DNA of 64,000 bases from Gemmatimonadota bacterium (GTDB lineage Bacteria; Gemmatimonadota; Gemmatimonadetes; Gemmatimonadales; GWC2-71-9): NCBI GenBank assembly GCA_039588295.1, contig JBDHAB010000006.1, positions 96,001-160,000 of the forward strand, written 5' to 3'. The notes under the pieces are model-generated. The model was not told the DNA's origin and made no database searches. It saw nothing but the letters and a program-made list of their open reading frames with translations. This document shows positions 1-8,141 of this stretch, piece after piece (within the stretch, counting starts at the first letter, position 1; every line of letters starts with the position of its first letter). The position numbers were made by a program, and so were the translations under genes.

Positions 1-691
1 CCCGCACCTTCCGATACGAGCTCCGCATTCCGTCACCGGGCCTCGGAAGCACGATCTCGGTAACGATTTCGTCGGGCGCGACGACGGTTTCGCGATGGAG
101 GTCCGTATCCGGCAGGACGAAGAATTCGTCCATCGGCACCCTCCGGGTTCCCCGACTGCTGGCGAGGTGAACGGTCGCCCCGAGGGCCAGGAGCGCCGGC
201 GCCGTGTCGGACGGATGTACGATGTAGCACCTCGAACCGCCGAGGATGCAATGGAACTCGTTCTCACCTGCGAGTGCGTAGCAGGTCGTCCCACCTTTGC
301 GAAGGCAGTGGAACTCCCCGCGGAAGTACCAGCAGCGGGGTCGCTGGCAGATGTTCCCCCCCAACGTCCCCTGGTTACGCAACTGGGGGCTCGCAACTTC
401 CGCCGCCGCTTGCGCCAGGGCAGGGTAGCGCTCTTGAACCACCTCGTGAGCGGCGACCTCGGCGACCGCGGTGAGCGCTCCAATCCTGAGGCCACCGTCC
501 CGGAGCGACTCCACACCCCGGAGCTCGGCGAGCGCCGAGATGCTCACCACCTTCTGTGTGGCGAACACGCCGTCACGCATGCACCCAATGAGGTCGGTGC
601 CACCAGCGTAGACCCTCGCCCCGTCCGCCGCGACGTGCTGCACCGCTTCATCGAGGGACTGGGCTCGGAGGTACGAGAATGTCGGCAACAT
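1..691 (-). CDS. FAD-binding subunit of xanthine-dehydrogenase-family oxidoreductase (PaoB/YagS-like), runs off left edge
   Basis: Not in ORF track. Manual translation MLPTFSYLRAQSLDEAV..AGGTDLIG..ASPQLRNQGTLGGNICQRPRCWYFR..CLRKGGTTC..HPSDTAPAL; Cys cluster typical of the [4Fe-4S] insert. Confidence 0.92.
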   Translation of the reverse strand, partial: MLPTFSYLRAQSLDEAVQHVAADGARVYAGGTDLIGCMRDGVFATQKVVSISALAELRGVESLRDGGLRIGALTAVAEVAAHEVVQERYPALAQAAAEVASPQLRNQGTLGGNICQRPRCWYFRGEFHCLRKGGTTCYALAGENEFHCILGGSRCYIVHPSDTAPALLALGATVHLASSRGTRRVPMDEFFVLPDTDLHRETVVAPDEIVTEIVLPRPGDGMRSSYRKVR

Positions 692-694
692 GGC

Positions 695-3022
695 TCAGCC
701 CCCCCTCTCGGTCTCGGTGAGTGCTTGGACGAGGCGTGCCGGAGTCATGGGCGTTCCGGTCACACGCACTCCCGTGGCGTGATACACCGCGTTCGCGATC
801 GCAGCCGCCGTCGGTATGGTCGCCGGCTCGCCGATACCCTTGGCACCCGCAATGTTCGCCTCGGGATCAGGCCTGTCGATCGGGACGCACGTCATGTCGG
901 TCGGGACATCCATGGCCGTCGGGATCTTGTAGTCGTGCCAGTTCTTGTTGGCGAGTTTCCCGGTCTGATCCCGATCCAGCACCCGCGCCTCCGTCATGGC
1001 GAAGCCGATGCCCATCGTGATTCCCCCAAACACCTGGTTCTGGTACGTGAGACGGTTCATGACGCGTCCACTGTCGTGAGCGCCGAGGAAGCGGAGCACC
1101 CGCGTTTCACCGGTGCGGGTGTTCACTTCGACCTCGCAGAACTGGGCGGCAAAGGGAATTACCGCCTTCCCCGACGGATTGGGACCGCGGTAGCCGACAC
1201 CCGTAATCGAGCGGCGACGTCTGAGGCTCTGCAACCGTGAGATCTCGGTGGTCTTCGCGGAATCCGTCGTACACACGACCTTGCCGCGATCCAATTCGAG
1301 AGAGGACTGATCGACTTCCAGCTCTTGCGCCGCCATCTCGAGGAGTTGCTGCTTCACCTCGATCGCGGCCGCGCGTACGGTCGGCGCCTCCGTGGGCACC
1401 GTCTTGCTGCCGCCGCTCGCCGTCGCAAACTGCGTACTGCTGGTATCGGCATGCTCGACCTGGATGTCGGCTGGATCCACGCCGAGTTCTTCGGCCGCCG
1501 CCATCGCCATCACCGTCTTCGTACCGGTTCCGATGTCGCTCGCCCCCATGTTGAGATTGACGCTGCCGTCCGCAAAGAGCTTGACGATCACGGTGGACGG
1601 CGGTCCACCGCCACCCGCGACCCACAGGGCGGCCGCCATCCCAACGCCGCGACGGACATGGCCCGAATCCTGGGCGTTGTGTGAGCGGCGGCGTGCCTCC
1701 GCCCATCCGAAGGCTTCTGCGCCCTTCGTGAGGCACTCTGCGAGCCCAGTCGTCGTGTACGGAGGGGCGCCGTCCCGGGCCTGGCTGACCGTCGGAACGT
1801 TCTTGAGGCGCAATTCCACCGGGTCCATGCCGATGGCGTCGGCCAGGGCATCCATCATCTGCTCGAGTGCCCAGGCGCACTGTGGATGACCGGGAGCTCG
1901 AAACGGCCGGGCCGGTCCGGCGTGGATGTAGAGATCCGTCAGTTCTGTGCGGACGTTTGGGCACGTGTAGAGATCCTTCACCAGCCAGTCGAGGGCAGAG
2001 GTGCCACCGGCTCGGAACGCACCCCCCGTGCCAGTCGCGTGGTACTCGAGGGCCGTGAGCGTGCCGTCCCGTCTGACCCCGGCCTTGAGCCTCATGTTGG
2101 CCGGCGGTCGGTTCCCGACCGTCAGGTACGTTTCCTCCCGGGTCAGGAACAGCTTGACTGGCCGGGCCGTCCGCTTGGCGAGCAGCGCTGCAATCAGCGT
2201 GTACTTGCCGGCGCCGAGCTTGCTCCCGAAGCCGCCGCCCATGTAGTGGCCGACGACACGAACCTTGGAAAGCGGTAGGTCCAGGGCCGCCGCGACCTGC
2301 GCTTGCACGTTGTACACGCCCTGTGTCGACTCCCACACGGTGAGACTGTCACCATCCCATTTGGCCACACAACCGTGCAGCTCCATTGGCGTGTGGATTT
2401 CACACTCGGTGCGGTATTCCTGCTGGAGGACGACATCGGCTTCCGCGAACCCACGCTCGGCATCGCCGCGCTCGTACACCTGCGTCGGTGATACCTGGTT
2501 CCCGGAATCGTGCACCTTGGGTGCGTCCGCCTCGAGTGCCCTCCGTTCATCGGCGAGGAACGGCTGGACGTCGTACGCGACGTGAACGGCGCGGATGGCG
2601 TCCCATGCCTGGTACGGTGTGTCGGCGGCGACGGCGGCGACGGGCTCTCCCTCGTAGCGGCAGTGATGCGGCATGAGCCGGTCGCGGATGAGATCGGCGT
2701 ACGCCTGTGTTGCTCGGTCACCTTGAAAGGCGCTGAGCACCGCACGAACACCCGGCAGCTTCTCGGCCTGTGCGGTGTCCACGTTGGTGACGACGGCATG
2801 TGGATGGGGGCACCGCAGAATGGCCCCGAACACCATGCGGGGGAGCGAGACGTCCGAAGGGTAGACGGCGGACCCGCTCACGCGCTCGTAGCCGTCGATG
2901 CGCGGCAATGGCTTGCCGACGACTTTGGTTTCCCCCCAGGGTTCCGGGTCCGAGGCGGGTGGTGGGGTCTCTGGTACGTCGACGCCCTCGGTGTAGTAGC
3001 GGAGATCGTGTTGGTCGCTCAT
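695..3022 (-). CDS. Molybdopterin-binding large subunit, xanthine dehydrogenase family (PaoC/YagR-like)
   Basis: GGGFGSK, FRAPGHPQ, DIGTGTKT, SGGS, KGIGEP motifs; ATG overlaps stop of the 2Fe-2S gene. Confidence 0.95.
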   Translation of the reverse strand: MSDQHDLRYYTEGVDVPETPPPASDPEPWGETKVVGKPLPRIDGYERVSGSAVYPSDVSLPRMVFGAILRCPHPHAVVTNVDTAQAEKLPGVRAVLSAFQGDRATQAYADLIRDRLMPHHCRYEGEPVAAVAADTPYQAWDAIRAVHVAYDVQPFLADERRALEADAPKVHDSGNQVSPTQVYERGDAERGFAEADVVLQQEYRTECEIHTPMELHGCVAKWDGDSLTVWESTQGVYNVQAQVAAALDLPLSKVRVVGHYMGGGFGSKLGAGKYTLIAALLAKRTARPVKLFLTREETYLTVGNRPPANMRLKAGVRRDGTLTALEYHATGTGGAFRAGGTSALDWLVKDLYTCPNVRTELTDLYIHAGPARPFRAPGHPQCAWALEQMMDALADAIGMDPVELRLKNVPTVSQARDGAPPYTTTGLAECLTKGAEAFGWAEARRRSHNAQDSGHVRRGVGMAAALWVAGGGGPPSTVIVKLFADGSVNLNMGASDIGTGTKTVMAMAAAEELGVDPADIQVEHADTSSTQFATASGGSKTVPTEAPTVRAAAIEVKQQLLEMAAQELEVDQSSLELDRGKVVCTTDSAKTTEISRLQSLRRRRSITGVGYRGPNPSGKAVIPFAAQFCEVEVNTRTGETRVLRFLGAHDSGRVMNRLTYQNQVFGGITMGIGFAMTEARVLDRDQTGKLANKNWHDYKIPTAMDVPTDMTCVPIDRPDPEANIAGAKGIGEPATIPTAAAIANAVYHATGVRVTGTPMTPARLVQALTETERGG

Positions 3023-3666
3023 GAGGCACCTCCCACGTCCCGCTTGAGTTCGGACGCGCGTCGTGCCGCGGCGAAGATGTGCGCGTAGGCACCACACCGG
3101 CACAGGTTGCCGCTCATGGCGCGTCGGATTTCGTCGAGCGGTGGATCGCTGCTGGCCCGCACCAGACCCTCAGTTGCCATGATCTGGCCTGGAGTGCAGT
3201 AGCCGCACTGGTAGGCGTCCTTTTCGAGGAACGCCTGCTGGGTCGGGCCGAGCTCCTCGCCGTCCATGAGGCCTTCGAGCGTCGTGATCGTCGTGCCTTC
3301 GGCTTCGACGGCGAGGGTCATGCAGGCGTAGCGTGGTGTGTCGTTCATGAGCACCGTGCACGCGCCACATTCCCCTCGTTCGCAGCCGACCTTCGTACCG
3401 GTGAGGCCAAGTCGCTCCCGCAGGACGTACGTGAGCGACCACCGCGGCTCGACGAGGAGCTGATGACGTCGTCCATTGACGTGCAGCGAGACCTTGGTGA
3501 GTTCTGTGGCCTCAACTACCGCGTTCGGGGGTGTCTGGGCAGCAACGCGAGTTGCCGCAGCAACTGAGAGCGCGCCGGTTCCCACGGAGGTGAGAAACCC
3601 GCGGCGCGACACGGCTCCGCGTCCCTCCTGCGCTTGCTCGGTACGGTCGGACGGCGCTTCGGCCAT
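3019..3666 (-). CDS. 2x[2Fe-2S] small subunit with Tat signal (PaoA/YagT-like)
   Basis: SRRGFL twin-arginine motif; GCERGECGAC, QCGYC, LCRC. Confidence 0.95.
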   Translation of the reverse strand: MAEAPSDRTEQAQEGRGAVSRRGFLTSVGTGALSVAAATRVAAQTPPNAVVEATELTKVSLHVNGRRHQLLVEPRWSLTYVLRERLGLTGTKVGCERGECGACTVLMNDTPRYACMTLAVEAEGTTITTLEGLMDGEELGPTQQAFLEKDAYQCGYCTPGQIMATEGLVRASSDPPLDEIRRAMSGNLCRCGAYAHIFAAARRASELKRDVGGAS

Positions 3667-3807
3667 GAGGATGCCTCCTTGCACCGGTATGGTGACGGGC
3701 GTGCCACAGCGCCGATTGGGGAAAGCAGCTCACGGAGGTTTCGGCGCTCCACGCCACCGGTGCGCCGGGTGGTGCCGCACCGGGTGCTGTCTAGTGCAGC
3801 GGATGGC

Positions 3808-3836
3808 ATGAAGGGCTCATGAAGGAGGGATGAAGG
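3808..3836 (-). promoter_or_regulatory. Three direct repeats CCTTCAT at 11-bp spacing upstream of the Mo-enzyme operon
   Basis: ATGAAGG on + strand at 3808, 3819, 3830. Confidence 0.55.
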
Positions 3837-3865
3837 CCGCCCCAGGGCCCTGTCTCCGTTCGACG

Positions 3866-4639
3866 TCAGCGGCCGCGGACGAGGGCAAGCACCTCGGGCA
3901 GAAGCACTTGCGTGGTCGCCATCGCTTCTCGTGCGTGGATCGTCTCATTCCCGTCCCAGTCCCCGAAGAAGCCGCCGGCCTCGCGGAGTATGGCGGGGAA
4001 CGGTGCGCAGTCCCACGTGCTCATGATCGGATCCAACGCCACCTCGGCACGGCCGGTGGCTACGAGCAGATAGGCGTACGCGTCGGCCCAACCTGCGCAG
4101 AATCCGGCGGTGCGGGAGAGCCGCTGCCAGGCCGGATGGCGCCCGGATCGTTCCATTGCCGCCACATTCCCGTGCGTGAGGATACCATCTCGGAGAGTCG
4201 CGACACCGGAAACGCGTGTCGGACGTCCATTCCAGGTGCATCCCTGGCCGGTTGCGGCAGCGAGCATCTCCTCGAGCGCCGGGAAGTACGCCACGCCGAC
4301 CTCACATCGACCGTCGATCTCCAGACCGAGCAGCACCGCGTACAGTGGAACGCCGCGGACGAACGCGCGCGTACCGTCGATGGGATCGATGAACCATCGG
4401 TGGCTCGCGTCGTCGGAGTCTGCTCCGCCGAATTCCTCGCCGACGATGGCGTGGCCGGGGTAGGCCGCTTCGATGCGGGCGCGGATCAGCTCCTCCGCCT
4501 GCCGGTCAGCGACCGTGACGGGGGACTCGTCGTCCTTGAGCTCCGGACGGAGTCCTGTTTGGAAGTATCCCATCGTGAGCCGGCCGGCCTGCCAGGCCGT
4601 GTCGGTCGCGAAGTCGAGCAAGGATCGGAGAGACGGCAC
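3866..4639 (-). CDS. hisN: Inositol monophosphatase family, probable histidinol-phosphatase
   Basis: SPVTVAD, GEE, WFIDPIDGT, WD motifs; GGAGGA RBS before GTG at 4639. Confidence 0.75.
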   Translation of the reverse strand: MPSLRSLLDFATDTAWQAGRLTMGYFQTGLRPELKDDESPVTVADRQAEELIRARIEAAYPGHAIVGEEFGGADSDDASHRWFIDPIDGTRAFVRGVPLYAVLLGLEIDGRCEVGVAYFPALEEMLAAATGQGCTWNGRPTRVSGVATLRDGILTHGNVAAMERSGRHPAWQRLSRTAGFCAGWADAYAYLLVATGRAEVALDPIMSTWDCAPFPAILREAGGFFGDWDGNETIHAREAMATTQVLLPEVLALVRGR

Positions 4640-4757
4640 GAGTATCCTCCCTGGGATGGCGCGGCGTGGTTTCGCGGCGCAACGTAACATTCCGGACATC
4701 GCTGAGCAGGATGGTGCCGTTGGGGGTGGGATCCCGTCGGACGACCGGTTAGCCGCG

Positions 4758-7394
4758 TCAGAAGTCGATTGCGACGCTATCCGAGGGTTGCGGTGTGGAC
4801 TCAAGACCCTCCAGGCTCTTCCAGTGCTCGGTACCCGGTTCACCCACATACACGGTGTAGATCCCCGGTGAAAACGCCCAGGGTCGAAACCGATTCCCGG
4901 TGATCCGAATGGTGTAGACCGTCTCGCCCGACTGCTCGTCCACGACCCGAACGACCGGATCGTGCACACCGCGCACGTCAATCGTCGGCAGGTGTTGTGT
5001 GCGTTCCCTCCCGTAGTTCATCTGCTGCTCGAAGGTCACGGGCCACCCCGCGTACGGTCCGTCTCCCGCGGACGGATCGGCCCAACGCGGCCACGCCTCG
5101 AGGCTGATCTGCCGCGTCGCTCGGGTGAACCGAGCTATGCCGTAGCCAGGAGCGCGATCGTGTAGCCGGGCGGGCTTGCGGCCCGAGATTCTTGGGTTCG
5201 ACACTGCATGCACGGTGATCTTGTTGCCAAACCCGTCTTCGTAGTCACCCGTATAGCGCGGCGTCACTGGACCGCTGTTCTGGCCGCGCAGAGGGGGGTA
5301 CCAGCGCCGCGGCCAGAAGTTGGCGATCGAGGGCACGCAGAGCGCAAAGCCAGCGTCGCGCCATGTGTCCACGCCGTACTGAATGGTGCTCCCCAGGTGT
5401 TGATCGCCGGCCAAGTGCACCGCGAATCCCTTCCGTATCACGCGCAGTGCTCGGCTGCGGCCCGACTGCGGCCATCCGTTGGAGTCCAAGTCGCTCACAA
5501 CTCGCTCTCCCGTCGCGTACTCGCCCGCTTCGAGAATCGGCAGTGACGGAATGACTGAGCCAGTCGTGGCCGTGTCCGGCAGGGTTGCCACATTGGCGAA
5601 GATCGTTTGGGACAGGACGACCTTCATCCACGTGCCATGAGCCCAGTCCGCAGCCCAGTCTTCGAGGAACGCCAGTTGCCCCTCGCCGAGAAGCACCGCG
5701 CCCGACACATCGGCCTCCTGTTGTGCGTCGAACCTCGGATTGAGCGGCCACCCGTTCCACACGTTGGCCTCTGGCAGCAACCCCTTCGGCGCCGACTTGA
5801 ACTTCCGGTCTTCCAAGACGGCAAAGCTCACGCCACCGTACAGGATGTCGGTGTAATACACACCGATCTCATGTTGATCCGGTGTTGGGTTGTACGGATC
5901 GGGCAGATGACTGGTCTGCGTGCGCTGGACCATGTTCACCCAGTCCGCCGGTAGCTTGTAGCCACCGGCATCCTGCGCGGCGGCTCCGCTCGTCCCTGGC
6001 GGCGTCGCCTTACCGCCCGCCCCCCAGACGTTCCCGTGAAAGACGTCGTGATCGTCGGGAATCGTGACCGATGGGATCTCCGCGGTCAGCTCGCCGAACG
6101 CCCAGTACCACAGATACCACTTGTAGAGGTAATCCTCGTACGGCCGTTCAAAGTCAGCCCTGGTGGGACTGGCGCCTTCATAGACCTGGTCTCCACTGAA
6201 GAAGAGGAAATCGGGATCGTGCAACTGCACATGGCGCACGATATCGGTGTGTGGGAACCAGACCCCGCTGTCCCATGGGAACCAGTTGCGATCGACCCCG
6301 ACCGCAACATTGTGATTGCCAGTGAATGCAGCGACGATGATGTCGTCAGCGTCCCGTGGATCACGGCGGATCGTACCGTTGGCATAGTGGGGCGTGGAGG
6401 GCCCGTCAGTTCCGACTAGCTCGTAGACAACGCGAAACGGTGCATCCCGGGTGTCGTCCCAGTCGTCGACCGTGAACGTGGCGGTGTAACTCGGGACGAC
6501 GACCTCGGTACTGGCGACCGTCCTCCAGACGCCACCGTCTTCTGCCTGGAGTTCTACCATTGGGTTGTCATCCGGACCGATGGGCATGAACTGCGCGGTG
6601 AGCCGTAACCGACCCCGACTCAGAGTGTGTTGGGTGCCGAGGATGGGACCGACCGCACGGTCCTCGTGGTGTTCGAGTTTCATGCCTCGCGCCGTGAAGT
6701 CGGAAAACCAGAAACGAGTCCGTCCTCCGTCGCGCGCGTCAGCCACCAGGGCCACGTTGCCGGTGAGGCGTTCGCGGGGCATGCCAGCCGTCGTGACCTG
6801 AATGGTGTCAGTGGCCGCATTCCACAGTGCAGCTCGGAGCGTAATCTCGTAGGCTCCGGCCCGCGGACGTGCCGTCAGCACGAGGGAGACGGAATCGACC
6901 GGACCGCGTGGCGTCTCCGTCTGGATGATGACCAGATCCTCGTGTTCGAGGTCCCGCAGGAACGCGCGTCCCTCCGTATCCACGCCGGCGTACAGGCCCG
7001 CTGAGGGCCCACGACTGTGATGGATCAACGCAGCCGCGCGATAGTCTAGGCCGCGACCCGCGCCGATCAGGAATCCAGCCGAGCTGCGACCGCTGTCATG
7101 AGGCGACGGCTCCAGGAGACCAACGGTCATGGAGAGCTCGACATCACCGCCTCGGTCGCCGAGCTGTCGCGTGAGCAGGTGGGCCGTGCGCATCGGTAAT
7201 GGTGTGACCGACTCCAGGCGACCATTGGCAACGCGCCAGTCCTGTAGCCGGTTCGCCCAGAACGCGGGACCGACCCAGCGTCGGTCGGGGCTCGAGTCCC
7301 AGCTACTGCGGAATGACCCGCCATTGTCCAGATCGCAACCCGCTGCGAGCGAAGTCGCGAGCACGAGCAGGCGTAAGATTCGCCGGGACATCAT
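4758..7394 (-). CDS. PhoD-like metallophosphatase lipoprotein
   Basis: Lipobox-like LAAGC; FSGDQVYE, PDDHDV, DLDSNGW, AGDQH. Confidence 0.8.
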   Translation of the reverse strand: MMSRRILRLLVLATSLAAGCDLDNGGSFRSSWDSSPDRRWVGPAFWANRLQDWRVANGRLESVTPLPMRTAHLLTRQLGDRGGDVELSMTVGLLEPSPHDSGRSSAGFLIGAGRGLDYRAAALIHHSRGPSAGLYAGVDTEGRAFLRDLEHEDLVIIQTETPRGPVDSVSLVLTARPRAGAYEITLRAALWNAATDTIQVTTAGMPRERLTGNVALVADARDGGRTRFWFSDFTARGMKLEHHEDRAVGPILGTQHTLSRGRLRLTAQFMPIGPDDNPMVELQAEDGGVWRTVASTEVVVPSYTATFTVDDWDDTRDAPFRVVYELVGTDGPSTPHYANGTIRRDPRDADDIIVAAFTGNHNVAVGVDRNWFPWDSGVWFPHTDIVRHVQLHDPDFLFFSGDQVYEGASPTRADFERPYEDYLYKWYLWYWAFGELTAEIPSVTIPDDHDVFHGNVWGAGGKATPPGTSGAAAQDAGGYKLPADWVNMVQRTQTSHLPDPYNPTPDQHEIGVYYTDILYGGVSFAVLEDRKFKSAPKGLLPEANVWNGWPLNPRFDAQQEADVSGAVLLGEGQLAFLEDWAADWAHGTWMKVVLSQTIFANVATLPDTATTGSVIPSLPILEAGEYATGERVVSDLDSNGWPQSGRSRALRVIRKGFAVHLAGDQHLGSTIQYGVDTWRDAGFALCVPSIANFWPRRWYPPLRGQNSGPVTPRYTGDYEDGFGNKITVHAVSNPRISGRKPARLHDRAPGYGIARFTRATRQISLEAWPRWADPSAGDGPYAGWPVTFEQQMNYGRERTQHLPTIDVRGVHDPVVRVVDEQSGETVYTIRITGNRFRPWAFSPGIYTVYVGEPGTEHWKSLEGLESTPQPSDSVAIDF

Positions 7395-7617
7395 TTCTGT
7401 CTCCTCTCGACCTGGTGGCAGGTGCGGGCGTCCACTGGCGAGGCCTGGGAAGGCCAGGGGATGGCCCACAACGTCAGAGCCGCGATTTCGTCCCCTAGCC
7501 CGGCACTCGGCCCCCTCGTATTCTACAGGTCAATTCCGCTGGGGGTGACTGCTACCCGGTCACCCGCCGCAGCCGGGTACACGAGACTCCAAGGTTCAAC
7601 CTCGAGAGGATGCACTG

Positions 7618-8058
7618 ATGCCCGATCCCACACCTCAGACTTACGCAAACCACCGAAAGATCGTGCCGCTGTATCACATCGTGACCTCCCTATTGCTACT
7701 CGTGAACGCCGGCTACGCCATCTGGATGACAGTGACTCGCTTCTCCTTCTCGAGCCTCGTGTATCTCGGGACGGCGGTAGCGCTCGTTCTCATGTTCTGG
7801 TACTTGCGGGTGTTCGCGACCGGCGTGCAGGACCGGGTGATTCGGGTGGAGGAGCGGCTCCGTTTCCAGAAGATCCTGCCGGAGTCCCTGAAGCCCCGGA
7901 TCAATGAGCTCACGACGGGGCAGTGCGTCGGTCTCCGCTTTGCCAGTGATGCTGAGTTGCCCTCCCTGGCGCAGCGGGTGCTCGACGAGAACATCCAGGA
8001 CAAGGAAGCGATCAAGAAACTGATCAAGGAATGGCGTCCGGACGACGCACGAATCTGA
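7618..8058 (+). CDS. Small membrane protein, DUF6526-like
   Basis: QTYANH, two TM segments, QDRVIRVEERLR, LRFASDAEL. Confidence 0.75.
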   Translation: MPDPTPQTYANHRKIVPLYHIVTSLLLLVNAGYAIWMTVTRFSFSSLVYLGTAVALVLMFWYLRVFATGVQDRVIRVEERLRFQKILPESLKPRINELTTGQCVGLRFASDAELPSLAQRVLDENIQDKEAIKKLIKEWRPDDARI

Positions 8059-8071
8059 GACGGCGAGTGTG

Positions 8072-8134
8072 TAAGAGATAAGAGATAAGGGATAAGGGAT
8101 AAGGGGTAAGGGAGAAGGGAACGGGAAAGGGGGG
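8072..8134 (+). repeat. Degenerate 7-bp tandem repeat (TAAGGGA-like, ~9 units), purine/G-tract rich
   Basis: TAAGAGA TAAGAGA TAAGGGA TAAGGGA TAAGGGG TAAGGGA GAAGGGA ACGGGAA AGGGGGG. Confidence 0.9.
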
Positions 8135-8141
8135 AACGTCT

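Noticed and set aside
95..1240. Long antisense ORFs here and throughout the window
   Set aside because: Expected shadows of high-GC coding strands; no motifs or RBS.
3670..3800. Possible Moco riboswitch upstream of the Mo-enzyme operon
   Set aside because: Hairpins are present, but I could not match the conserved Moco motif elements; needs an Infernal search.
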